64,000 nucleotides of DNA from a virus, in IMG/VR virus record IMGVR_UViG_3300036832_000548, positions 18,592 through 82,591 of that record, one strand, 5' to 3'. Shown here piece after piece: positions 8,779 to 18,367 of this stretch. The translations under genes were made by a program, and so were the position numbers. The stretch's first letter is position 1. Every line of letters starts with the position of its first letter. The notes beneath the pieces were generated by a model that worked only from the letters and a program-made list of their open reading frames with translations, made no database searches and had not been told where the DNA came from.

Positions 8779-11292
8779 ATGGCTCAAGGCACCAGATCAC
8801 CCACCGTCGAGATCCTCGTCAGGGATGAGGCTACGGTTGCGCTCGAGCGCGAGCGCGCACGCATCCGAGCGGCTGCGGCCAATCATGAGCTATTTACTGG
8901 ACTCGAGTCAGCCTTCAAAGGATTCGAAGGCGCAATCCAGTCGCTGGCGCGGACGGTCAATCGTGAATTTAGAACGATATTGGGACTAACCGGCGCGGGC
9001 GGCTTTCTCGGAGCTGGCCTTGTCCTCGCCATCGACAAGACGGCACAAGCCGTCAGCGGCCTCGCGCGTTCCGCTGAGGAGAACAGATATCTAGCCGACA
9101 CGCTTGGCGTGACCACCGCGCAGCTCAACAACTTGGTTGCGCGCGGTCAGGCGCTCGGCATGAGCACGGAGCAAAGCAGATCAGGCATCGAGAGCCTGCT
9201 CCGCGCGATGCGCGATCTAAGACTGATGGGGCAGGATGCGCCGGTCTATAAGGCGCTGGTGGAGGCTGGCGGGGCGAGCGGCCAACGTGTTGGTGATCAG
9301 CTCATCGCTATGGTGAAGGGACCGGGCGGCTACGAGGCAGGCATCCGTCAATTTGCCAAACTGCAATCGGGGATGAACCTCGATGCCCAGCGTAAATTGT
9401 CGGAAATTTTCGGCACAAGTTCACTTGCATTCCGCGATCTCTATACCGTCAAGAATATCCCTTCGATTATCGATCTTGCTGGTCCACAGGCGCGCCGTCT
9501 CAGCATCGCGATGGCGAGTCTGAATGTCTCGTTCGATAATTTGAAGACCACGCTTGCTGGCGCGGTGATGCCAGCGTTCGAAGGATTATCGCAAACACTC
9601 GACAAGTTCTTGCAGGGTCCTGGCAAGAAGATCGTTCAGCAATTCGCGGATTGGCTGTCAACGCTCAATATCCCGTGGGACAGAATCGCCAAAGGCTTGG
9701 TGGGCGCGGTCGAGGCGCTGCGAGACATTTTTGCATGGGGCAAGAAAACCGCAGAGGATCTCGAGCCGATCATCGGGAAACCCAAATTGTGGGGACCCGT
9801 ATTGAAAAAGATGGCTGATCTGGTCATTCCCGGATTCGTCAATCATCTGCTGACTTTTGCCAAGGCATTGATGGCCGTTGGCCAGCATGCGGATGTGATC
9901 GCGAAGATAACCGCAGCCGTCCGCGGCGGCGAAGCTCCCGCGCCGCCAACTGCGAAGCCATCAGCATCACCGTTGCTGCCCATGCCGACGCCGCAACAAC
10001 TGCGTGGCACTGGCCGCACGCAAGGCCAGAGTCCGTCAGCGCCGCGAGCGATGGGCCTGCTATCGACTGGTGGTGGTTATACTCCCGGTGGAGGCGAGGA
10101 CCCGCAAGATACCGATCAACTGAGCGAACAGGTACACGCGACATCGCGGCAAGTGTTGCAGCTCGCGAACTACATATCTTCGCAGGCTCTCACCACGGAC
10201 GTGAGCGGTGCGGGCGGATTGGCTGGGCTGGCTGGACAAATCCGCACGGGCAGAGTTGGCCGCGCTGGCACAACAATCGGCGGCGGTGGTGGAGGCACGC
10301 GCGGCGGTGGTGGTGGCCGACGCGGCGGTGGTGGAGACAGTGGCATCCCTGACACCGGGACAAACGCAACCGGCACCACGAAAGGCGTCACGTCAGAAGG
10401 CATGGCACTGCTTGACACCATCGCGACTTGGGAAGCGGAGCCAGCTTTCAAAAACGGTCAGCGCGCTGGCTGGAATACAATGATTGGCAACGTCCGCTTC
10501 GATCCGAATACGGACGAGCACCCTAAAAGAGCCTATCCGTGGCTGCGCGGTTATGTTGGGGGGGCTGGTGTTTCCTATGCGTCTGGTCGCTATCAGGAAA
10601 CGATCAACACCTATTATGAGAACGTCGCGCGCAGCAAGCGATTGCACCCCGGCATGAAGGTTTCGGGCTGGTCGCCAGAGGCCCAGAACATTCGCAACTG
10701 GGACAAGGCACAAGATATTTACGCGCGCCGTTATAGAAATCTCGGCATTCCAAGTCTGACCGGCAACTTGCAAAAAGATTTGGAAGCCAACAAAAACAAC
10801 CCAGCAATGATTGGAAGGATGGCGCGGGCACTTAGTGGTGAATGGACGACGGCCCCTGGTGGACACGAACGCTCAAAACAAACGGGCAAGAGCGAGAGCC
10901 AATATTCAACGCAATATCTAAAAATGCTCGCGAGGACATCGCAAGATCCCGCGCTGGCCAATCAAAGCGATCCTGCCTCGCCGTCCTCATCGTCAGCATC
11001 GTCATCGCCAACAGCGCCGACATCGCCGCCTGCGCCAACGTCACCAATTGTCTGGTCGAACCTGGACGAGATCGCGCGTCTTGAGCGGGAAGCACGGGAG
11101 GCGGCAAGCCTACCAGCTGGCGGGTTCACCCCAATTCCGCGGCAAGGCGGCTCGAGCAGGATCAATCTGAACGTCAACGTGCGCGGGCGCAGTGCAAGGG
11201 TGTCGTCGGAAAGCAGCGGCGACATGGGATCGGCAACGATCAGCCGGGACAAAGACCCAAGCGGCGGCATCGAAGGCTTCTCACCGGGATAA
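8779..11292 (+). CDS. Tape-measure-like protein 3 with lysozyme-like domain
   Basis: Paralogous N-terminus; ALLDTIA..E, ASGRYQ, SPEAQ, LSGEWT motifs of lambda-lysozyme-like muramidases. Confidence 0.75.
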   Translation: MAQGTRSPTVEILVRDEATVALERERARIRAAAANHELFTGLESAFKGFEGAIQSLARTVNREFRTILGLTGAGGFLGAGLVLAIDKTAQAVSGLARSAEENRYLADTLGVTTAQLNNLVARGQALGMSTEQSRSGIESLLRAMRDLRLMGQDAPVYKALVEAGGASGQRVGDQLIAMVKGPGGYEAGIRQFAKLQSGMNLDAQRKLSEIFGTSSLAFRDLYTVKNIPSIIDLAGPQARRLSIAMASLNVSFDNLKTTLAGAVMPAFEGLSQTLDKFLQGPGKKIVQQFADWLSTLNIPWDRIAKGLVGAVEALRDIFAWGKKTAEDLEPIIGKPKLWGPVLKKMADLVIPGFVNHLLTFAKALMAVGQHADVIAKITAAVRGGEAPAPPTAKPSASPLLPMPTPQQLRGTGRTQGQSPSAPRAMGLLSTGGGYTPGGGEDPQDTDQLSEQVHATSRQVLQLANYISSQALTTDVSGAGGLAGLAGQIRTGRVGRAGTTIGGGGGGTRGGGGGRRGGGGDSGIPDTGTNATGTTKGVTSEGMALLDTIATWEAEPAFKNGQRAGWNTMIGNVRFDPNTDEHPKRAYPWLRGYVGGAGVSYASGRYQETINTYYENVARSKRLHPGMKVSGWSPEAQNIRNWDKAQDIYARRYRNLGIPSLTGNLQKDLEANKNNPAMIGRMARALSGEWTTAPGGHERSKQTGKSESQYSTQYLKMLARTSQDPALANQSDPASPSSSSASSSPTAPTSPPAPTSPIVWSNLDEIARLEREAREAASLPAGGFTPIPRQGGSSRINLNVNVRGRSARVSSESSGDMGSATISRDKDPSGGIEGFSPG

Positions 11293-11309
11293 ATTGAGGC
11301 TCGACTAAC

Positions 11310-11864
11310 TTGGCTTCCATACGTGATAATCATAACGTCTGGCGCGACAATCTGGTGCCCGCCTCGTTTCGCGGCGCGGTCTTTCATGTGGAGACGAGCG
11401 CGCGATCGAGCGGACGCAGGACAGTCGTCCATGAGTATCCGAAACGGAATAACCCCTATGCCGAGGACATGGGCCGCAGCGCGATCCGCTGGCAGATCAC
11501 GGGCTATTTGATCCTGCGCGACAAGGGCATTCGTGGCAACCTGCTCAGCCAGATTGGAGACATGATCAACGCGCTCGAGGCGGACGGCCCTGGCGTTTTG
11601 ATTCATCCGACGCTGGGCGAGATGCTGGTCCAGTGCGAGAGATATTCGTACAGCGACAAGCGCACGGCCGGCGGTTACATCGAGTGGGATATGCAGTTCG
11701 TGGAGGCGGGATCTGGGATATTGACTGCAGTGATCAATACTGCAGCCATGCTGGTCATGACCTCGACCGCAGCTGAGACAAGCGCAGCGACGGCAATCAA
11801 AAGCGATACAGCTCCGCTGCAGAGCACGATCAAACCTCAACCCAGCCAAACCGTAGCGGCATGA
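11310..11864 (+). CDS. Mu-like DNA circulation protein, N-terminal domain
   Basis: PASFRG..FHV..SGRRTVVHEYPKRN.PYAEDMGR; LIHPTLG. Confidence 0.9.
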   Translation: MASIRDNHNVWRDNLVPASFRGAVFHVETSARSSGRRTVVHEYPKRNNPYAEDMGRSAIRWQITGYLILRDKGIRGNLLSQIGDMINALEADGPGVLIHPTLGEMLVQCERYSYSDKRTAGGYIEWDMQFVEAGSGILTAVINTAAMLVMTSTAAETSAATAIKSDTAPLQSTIKPQPSQTVAA

Positions 11865-12532
11865 GCACGCCATCTGAACTAGCTGAAATCAACGGCATCG
11901 TTAGTCGGATAACTGCGAATTTGATGCGGTTTAACGGCATGCGCGGTCAGACCGGTTCTGCGTTGCGTCAAGCCTGCGGCGATCTTAATGCACGCACCAG
12001 CACCTATGTGGTTGATGGAACATTCGCCAATCGCTTGTTGAACTGCTTTCTCCTCGCAACCGTGGCCGGCATTAGTCTTGATTGGATGGACCAGGTCGTT
12101 GCTGGACTTATTGCTGAACAGCCGACCACTCTGATGTCGACCAGTGTCGTACAGAATGCGTTGATCATGGCTATCGCGCAGGAAGGGCGGATCATTGCAG
12201 CGACAGTCTATGTCAGTCGCGATGATGTCGATGCGACCATGCAACGGATGAATAATTGGTTCGAAACCATCAAGGACATCATCGCGGATACCATGAGCGG
12301 TCCAGGCTACGAGGCATTCATCACGCTTACGGGATCGATCACCCGGCATCTGACAGACAGCGCGCGACCGTTGCCGCGGATACTACGCTATCAGATGCCC
12401 ATGGTGATGCCGGGGTTGTTGGCCAGCCAATACATCTACGGCGACGGGAGCCGGGATGAAGAACTGGCGGCAGAAAACAAGGTCGTCCATCCCCTGTTCA
12501 TGCCACTGGCATTGCGGGCCTTGAGCGCGTGA
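11861..12532 (+). CDS. DNA circulation protein, C-terminal part
   Basis: LP..YGDGSRDEELAAENKVVHPLFMP motif. Confidence 0.8.
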   Translation: MSTPSELAEINGIVSRITANLMRFNGMRGQTGSALRQACGDLNARTSTYVVDGTFANRLLNCFLLATVAGISLDWMDQVVAGLIAEQPTTLMSTSVVQNALIMAIAQEGRIIAATVYVSRDDVDATMQRMNNWFETIKDIIADTMSGPGYEAFITLTGSITRHLTDSARPLPRILRYQMPMVMPGLLASQYIYGDGSRDEELAAENKVVHPLFMPLALRALSA

Positions 12533-12539
12533 GGCAATC

Positions 12540-13688
12540 GTGCCGTTCAGAGCTTCAGAAATCGCAGTCATTACTGTCGGTGGCATGGATTTCAAGGATT
12601 GGGAAAATGTCACGGTCAAGATGGTGGAAGGAGAATCGAACCACAGTTTCAAGCTGTCGGTGTCGGAAGGAGCCCCGCTGACCAAAGATTTTGGGAGTCT
12701 GAAGATCAAGCCAGGGGATCATTGTACGATCACGCTGGGCGGTGAGCTGGCCATTTCTGGATACGTCGAGACGCGGCAAGTCGGCTACAACGCAACACAG
12801 CATGGCATTCAGATCATTGGGCACAGCTACAATAAGGCGGCGGCTGATGGCTCCGTCATGCACAAGACGATGGAGTTCAAGAACCAATCGCTGCAACAAA
12901 TCGGGACGCAACTCCTGAAACCGTTCGGCATCCAGTTTGTCCCTAAGACGGCAATGCCTACCAAGCAATTTCCACGGGTGAACGTGGCGCCAGGTATGAG
13001 TGCGTGGCATCAACTCGATATCCTTGCGCGCCAGCGGCAGGTGACCCTAGGGACTGACAAGCAAGGCAACGTGACAGGACGGACGTTTTTTCAGGGCGGC
13101 GGCGATGCGCTGGTCGAGGGCGTAAATATTCTTGATGGTCAAGAGGTCATGACCATGAACATGGGCGACGGGCCGCTCAATGAGAAAAGTCAGACACCCG
13201 GCAGCAATTTCAATTTTGGGCGCGAGGCCGCAGGCCCAACGTCAAAAACCGATAGCCGACCACTGGGTGAGTCTGGGAAGGGCGTATATGCGCCGCAGGT
13301 TGGATTGACTGAGCATCACGGCGACAAGGACGACACCAAGGCGCGCGGCAATATGGAACAACAACGCCGCGGCCAAGAGCAGTTGCAAGTGACCATAGTG
13401 GTGCAGGGGTGGATGAGACCGTCAGGCGGCCTTTGGGAGCCGGGGACGAAGGTCATGGTGCAATCGCCCATGCTGTTGGTTAGTGAATCGCTCAAGCTCA
13501 TGTCAGCGACATTTACGCAAGACAACAAGTCAGGGACGCGCACGACGCTGGAGCTCACGCGCGAAACCGGCAGCGAACAGGACGCCAAGGACGGGAAGGC
13601 ACCTTACAACATGGATCCGAAAACCCCTGGCGGCGTGGACGATCCAAGCGATCCGTCCGGGGGCCGACCGGGATTCTCGCCGGGATAA
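12540..13688 (+). CDS. Baseplate hub protein (Mu gp44/gpP-like)
   Basis: IKPGD.CTITLGG..ISGYV; VVQGWMRPSGGLWEPG; FTQDNKSGTRTTLEL. Confidence 0.9.
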   Translation: MPFRASEIAVITVGGMDFKDWENVTVKMVEGESNHSFKLSVSEGAPLTKDFGSLKIKPGDHCTITLGGELAISGYVETRQVGYNATQHGIQIIGHSYNKAAADGSVMHKTMEFKNQSLQQIGTQLLKPFGIQFVPKTAMPTKQFPRVNVAPGMSAWHQLDILARQRQVTLGTDKQGNVTGRTFFQGGGDALVEGVNILDGQEVMTMNMGDGPLNEKSQTPGSNFNFGREAAGPTSKTDSRPLGESGKGVYAPQVGLTEHHGDKDDTKARGNMEQQRRGQEQLQVTIVVQGWMRPSGGLWEPGTKVMVQSPMLLVSESLKLMSATFTQDNKSGTRTTLELTRETGSEQDAKDGKAPYNMDPKTPGGVDDPSDPSGGRPGFSPG

Positions 13689-13704
13689 TGGGAGACATCG
13701 ACCG

Positions 13705-14616
13705 ATGGTGATGCGAAGCAACAGCGGCGACTCGGCTAACCGCATTCAAACTCATGCGTCCCGTGCGACTTTGCGCGAACTCGATTCGAGTCCGTTTTGG
13801 AGTGAGACAAAAGAACTCGATGTGATGGACAGCGAGACACATACCGGCGTCGAATTCGCTGAGAATTATGGGGGGACTTGTGTGCCGGCGAAACAGGACC
13901 AAGACGATCAGCAGCAACAACAAGGCCAACAGGACACTGGGGGTGGCAGCAGCGGTCCCGGAGGCGGCGGCGCTGGCTCGCAGGGCGAGGAAGGCCAACA
14001 GCCGCAGGGCGATGCCGCTGAGGCCATCGTGCTCTATCTCAATGGCTCGCGCAGCCATCCGGTCATCATATCGATGGGCGATCGGCGTCATCGCCTGATC
14101 GGATTAGAGGAAGGCGATGTTGCCAATCATCGGCTCCAGAGCGACCGGCAGCAATTTCTTCTGTCAAGCGACGGCACCTATCTATCGACGCGCGATGACA
14201 AGGTAATGCGGATCGCGCTGGTGCCGTCAGCGGATACTGGCACGCCGAAACCGCAACAGCCATCTGCGACACAAACAGCGGCGAGCGGAGGCAGCAGCGG
14301 CAGCTCGAGCAGCGGTGCAGGTCAGCAGAACCAACAAAAAAAGTACGGCCAGAAATCAGCCAAGAGCGACAACCAGAGTTCAAAGATCAGCATTCAACAA
14401 ACAAAGGACGCGACGACCGTTCAGCAAAACAGTGCATATTCACAGCAGGGGTCGGATCACAGCACGGTTTATTACGGAGACAAAACCAAGTCAGCGCAGG
14501 CGACCACCGACCACGCGCATTTGCGCACGGGCGGCAATCGCATATTCACCGACAGCGGTGGGTGCTGGTCGACGGTGCCGATCCAGCAAAAGAAGGATGG
14601 CTACTGCAAAGAATAA
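13705..14616 (+). CDS. Baseplate spike/assembly protein (Mu gp45-like)
   Basis: AEAIVLYLNGSRSHPV...DRRHR..GLEEGDVA. Confidence 0.85.
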   Translation: MVMRSNSGDSANRIQTHASRATLRELDSSPFWSETKELDVMDSETHTGVEFAENYGGTCVPAKQDQDDQQQQQGQQDTGGGSSGPGGGGAGSQGEEGQQPQGDAAEAIVLYLNGSRSHPVIISMGDRRHRLIGLEEGDVANHRLQSDRQQFLLSSDGTYLSTRDDKVMRIALVPSADTGTPKPQQPSATQTAASGGSSGSSSSGAGQQNQQKKYGQKSAKSDNQSSKISIQQTKDATTVQQNSAYSQQGSDHSTVYYGDKTKSAQATTDHAHLRTGGNRIFTDSGGCWSTVPIQQKKDGYCKE

Positions 14617-14620
14617 TCCC

Positions 14621-15808
14621 ATGCGCTGGTGGCTCAACACGGACGATCCGCAGATATTCGCGGTCGACAATGCGTCAGTCAGCGGGATGGATTTCTCGAC
14701 GCTGCCGATCAATTCGTGGATGGTGCAGTGGACGGATGGCAAGGGCGAGATCGAGAACCAGATTGACCCCAACACGAACGACAATGGCCTACGCGCAAGC
14801 TTTATCGATGTCACGCCTTATGCATCATTCTTTCAGCAGTTCCTTACGCTGTTGCCAGGTCTGACACTGGCGCAAGCGCAGAAGGTTCAAACCGATCTGA
14901 TCAAACAAATCTTCGAAAGCAAGCGGCAGGACCCATTTCACTATCCTGTCGCATCTGGGGACTACTCGTGGGACGCATCGGACGAGGCGCTGTTTTCGTC
15001 TCATGGAGCGCAACTACAAAACAATCTTACAGAGATCGGCGCATCCGTTGTCTCCTACACGGCTTCCGCTACCATCACGATTCCAGCGGAGCAGGCGTGG
15101 GTTCGCATGTGGGGCGGATCGGGCGCGTCGGGTGCTGGATCATCTGTGTCTTATTTGATCGGATCGCCGGGTGTTGGCGCACCGGGTTATCTTGAAAAAT
15201 TTCTGACCGGACTCACGCCAGGCCACACGCTCACCTACACGCGCGGCAATGGTGGCGCAGCGACGACAGGAGTGGGCGGCAACGGCACGCCATCGATCTT
15301 GGCGAGTGGCACGCAGACGATTCCTACGCTCACGGCGAATGGAAGCAACGGGACAAGCCTTAACAGCGCTGGCATGTATCCCACACAAGGCAGTGCAGGC
15401 GGGACGGCGACTGGTGGTGACATCAACCGTAAGGGTCAGATGGGAGGGCCGTCAGTTACTCAACAAGCAGATAGTACTGGCGTGTTGGCGCTGTTGTTTG
15501 GAACGGCTGGTCAGACCGGACTGGCGAGCGGCGTTGATGGTTCCTATACTAGCCCCGGCAATCCGGGCAATCCGGGCGGCATGATCGTGTCCTGGGGCAA
15601 CGTCGTCGTCACGACCGGCATGCAATGGATACCGATTGGTGCCAGCGCGCCGGTGGCCGTGACATCGACAGAGCAAACCGCAATTCTCAATGGCATCGCC
15701 GTGCGCACCAACACTCTTGCTGGCACGAAAAATACGAAAGTCGCGCAGGTCGAAGCGCTGACAGTGATCGCAGACGTAATCAATTACGACGTAACTGCGG
15801 GGTGGTGA
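14621..15808 (+). CDS. Gly-rich tail-associated protein
   Basis: Position in the baseplate operon; Gly-rich central domain. Confidence 0.6.
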   Translation: MRWWLNTDDPQIFAVDNASVSGMDFSTLPINSWMVQWTDGKGEIENQIDPNTNDNGLRASFIDVTPYASFFQQFLTLLPGLTLAQAQKVQTDLIKQIFESKRQDPFHYPVASGDYSWDASDEALFSSHGAQLQNNLTEIGASVVSYTASATITIPAEQAWVRMWGGSGASGAGSSVSYLIGSPGVGAPGYLEKFLTGLTPGHTLTYTRGNGGAATTGVGGNGTPSILASGTQTIPTLTANGSNGTSLNSAGMYPTQGSAGGTATGGDINRKGQMGGPSVTQQADSTGVLALLFGTAGQTGLASGVDGSYTSPGNPGNPGGMIVSWGNVVVTTGMQWIPIGASAPVAVTSTEQTAILNGIAVRTNTLAGTKNTKVAQVEALTVIADVINYDVTAGW

Positions 15809-15809
15809 A

Positions 15810-15992
15810 ATGGGCCAAGCATACCGACCCTCATGCGCCCAGTGTGGCTATGAGGCTCACGGCTTGCCGGATCGCAAGCAGGATCTGGTCCAGAAGCATG
15901 TCATGGGCGTGCTGGTCTGGCTCCATTTGCAGTGCGAGCAAATCTATCGACAGAACGCGGCGCCGCCGCCAGCACCGGCACCACAACAATGA
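15810..15992 (+). CDS. Small CxxC protein
   Basis: Fills the gap with ATGA overlap to the next gene. Confidence 0.4.
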   Translation: MGQAYRPSCAQCGYEAHGLPDRKQDLVQKHVMGVLVWLHLQCEQIYRQNAAPPPAPAPQQ

Positions 15993-16537
15993 CCGATATC
16001 TATCTGCAGGATCGGGTCAGTCTAGCCGGCACGTTCATGGATTGGCTGCAGAACGCTGATGGCTTGTCTGAGGAACAGGAGCTGGCCACGGCGGTGCGCG
16101 TGGCGATCGGTACGGACACCTTGGCCGCGATTGACGATCCGTTGCCTGATCTCGACAGCGAAGATCGCCGCGGCTGGTGGGGGGACTTGGACGCTGAGGA
16201 AATCTGGCAAGGCTGGCCAATAGGCTGCAAGAACTGGCTGCTGTTCCGCGCCAAGATTGCTGACCCTTATTCATGGGAAGGCGCAACCTTGGTGCGTGCC
16301 AAGGCTTACACCCGCCAAGCCCTGCAGCCGTTCATCGATCTGCACATCTGCAGTCGCATCGATGTCGACGCAACGCGCAGCGGTCGCGACCAGATCTCGG
16401 TGAGCGTCAGCATGTATCGCGGACCCAAGCGACTTATCGAGCTGCGCTTCCAAAGTCTGTGGGACGAAATCGGGCGCGATTATGTTCCGGTCGGATCGAA
16501 GGATCGATACGTCACCGGCCAACCCCTTAATCCTTAA
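15989..16537 (+). CDS. Baseplate protein (Mu gp46-like)
   Basis: LATAV..AIGTD..DRRGWWGD..GCKNWLL.RAK. Confidence 0.9.
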   Translation: MTDIYLQDRVSLAGTFMDWLQNADGLSEEQELATAVRVAIGTDTLAAIDDPLPDLDSEDRRGWWGDLDAEEIWQGWPIGCKNWLLFRAKIADPYSWEGATLVRAKAYTRQALQPFIDLHICSRIDVDATRSGRDQISVSVSMYRGPKRLIELRFQSLWDEIGRDYVPVGSKDRYVTGQPLNP

Positions 16538-16552
16538 TTTCGGATCTATCTC

Positions 16553-17641
16553 ATGCCGTGGACCACACCGTCACTCAAGACGGTCAGGCAGCTTACGCGC
16601 GATGCAATCACGGCCAACCTTTACGGTGCCGTCTTCGTCGGCAACAACGTGCTGCGCGTCATGGCAGACACGATGGCGGGGCTGGCGCATCATGTCCTGC
16701 GCTATATCGATTGGCTCGCGCTGCAGCTCCTGCCCGACACCGCTGAAACAGAATGGTTGGATCGGCATGGTTCCATCTGGCTGGTGAATTCAGATGGCAC
16801 CATCGGACGAAAGCTGGCAACGCTGGCATTCGGTTCCATCTCGGTCACTGGCACACCCGGCGTTGTTATTCCGCTGGGCGCGACTTTGGTCAGCCAGCCA
16901 GCGACAGGCGCTGTCACAAATTACGAGACCATGGAACAGAGCGTTGTCGGCCAGACTTCGACATCGCTCAGCGTGCGGGCACTCGATGCTGGCAGTAACG
17001 GCAACCAGGCCGCAGGCCAGTTCTTGCTATTCAATCCAGCATTGAACGGCGTAGATCCTCCCGCCTCTGTGATTACGATCACGGGCGGCGCTGACGATGA
17101 GACGGACGACGAGCTGCGGATGCGCGTTCTCAAGCGCATACAGCAGCCTCCGATGGGGGGAGATGCCACGGATTATGAAGCGTGGGCCTTGGCTGTGCCT
17201 GGAGTTACGCGAGCATGGGCATTTCCGCTAGAGCAAGGCATGGGCACGGTAACCATCCGCTTCATGATGGACGATCTTCGTGCCGACAATAACGGCTTCC
17301 CCTTGGCGGAAGACGTGACGGCGGTCGAAACCTACGTTGACTCGCAGCGCCCAGTGGCGGTCAAGGACATCTTCGTTGTCGCTCCAATTCCGTTTCCAAT
17401 CGATCTGCGCATCAATCAATTGGTCGTTGATAGTGGCGCTACACGCGAAGCAATCGAGCAATCGCTGGTCGAGATGCTTTTTGAAAAAGCCGTTCCTGGC
17501 GGCACGATATATGCCTCATGGGTCGAGGTGGCCATCGCTGACGCGCTAGGCGTCGATCATTTCGAACTGGTGTTTGCCACACAGGCGATGCCTAGTCCTG
17601 GACACTTGGCAATTCTGGGATCGATCATTTACGCGGGATAA
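16553..17641 (+). CDS. Baseplate J/gp47 protein
   Basis: LLPDTAETEWLDRHG; GGADDETDDELR.R; PPMGG..DYEAWALAVPGVTRAW. Confidence 0.95.
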   Translation: MPWTTPSLKTVRQLTRDAITANLYGAVFVGNNVLRVMADTMAGLAHHVLRYIDWLALQLLPDTAETEWLDRHGSIWLVNSDGTIGRKLATLAFGSISVTGTPGVVIPLGATLVSQPATGAVTNYETMEQSVVGQTSTSLSVRALDAGSNGNQAAGQFLLFNPALNGVDPPASVITITGGADDETDDELRMRVLKRIQQPPMGGDATDYEAWALAVPGVTRAWAFPLEQGMGTVTIRFMMDDLRADNNGFPLAEDVTAVETYVDSQRPVAVKDIFVVAPIPFPIDLRINQLVVDSGATREAIEQSLVEMLFEKAVPGGTIYASWVEVAIADALGVDHFELVFATQAMPSPGHLAILGSIIYAG

Positions 17642-17650
17642 GGGTTTGCG

Positions 17651-18367
17651 ATGCCGGATAGGCACATAAGGCGCGACGGTGATGCCTATGCGGTGCAATG
17701 TGCTGCGCTGTTGCCGCAAGGAGTAGCGTGGCCGCGAGAGCCTGATTCCGTCTTAATGAAAACGGTGCGTGGCCTCTCACAGATCTGGGGTTACGTCGAT
17801 GGTCGCGCCGCTGACTTACTGGAAAGGGAAAGCGATCCGCGTCTGACAATCGAGCTGCTCCCGGATTGGGAGCGCAACTGGGGACTTCCTGATCCCTGCT
17901 TCAAAAGTGCGCTGACCATCGAGCAGCGGCATACGTTGCTGCTGTTCAAGATGACGCTGTTGGGTGCGCAAAGCCGACAGTGGTTCATCGATATCTCAAA
18001 GTGGCTCGGCTATAGCATCACGATCACGGAATTCGCGCCATTTACTTGCGGGATCTCGCAATTAGGTGACACGCGCGGCATGGAGTTGTGGGACGACACG
18101 CCAGGTCAGCATCCTGAATTGATGGATGATTTTCGTTGGGAAATCGGCCCACCTGAAACTCGATTTTACTGGCAGGTCCACGTTCACCTTGCGCCATTGA
18201 TGTGGTTTCGATGTGGATCTGGCCGCGCCGGCGAGGACCCGCATCTGACGATCGGATATGCACAGGATCTTGAGTGTCTATTGAGGCGCTGGAAACCTGC
18301 TCAGACTGACATCGTTTTTGATTACAGCAACCTATCTCCGCCGAACAAGTACGCAGGATTGCCATGA
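17651..18367 (+). CDS. Baseplate protein YmfQ/Mu gp48-like (DUF2313)
   Basis: LLPQGVAWP; ELLPDWERNWGLPD; LECLLRRWKPAQT. Confidence 0.9.
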   Translation: MPDRHIRRDGDAYAVQCAALLPQGVAWPREPDSVLMKTVRGLSQIWGYVDGRAADLLERESDPRLTIELLPDWERNWGLPDPCFKSALTIEQRHTLLLFKMTLLGAQSRQWFIDISKWLGYSITITEFAPFTCGISQLGDTRGMELWDDTPGQHPELMDDFRWEIGPPETRFYWQVHVHLAPLMWFRCGSGRAGEDPHLTIGYAQDLECLLRRWKPAQTDIVFDYSNLSPPNKYAGLP

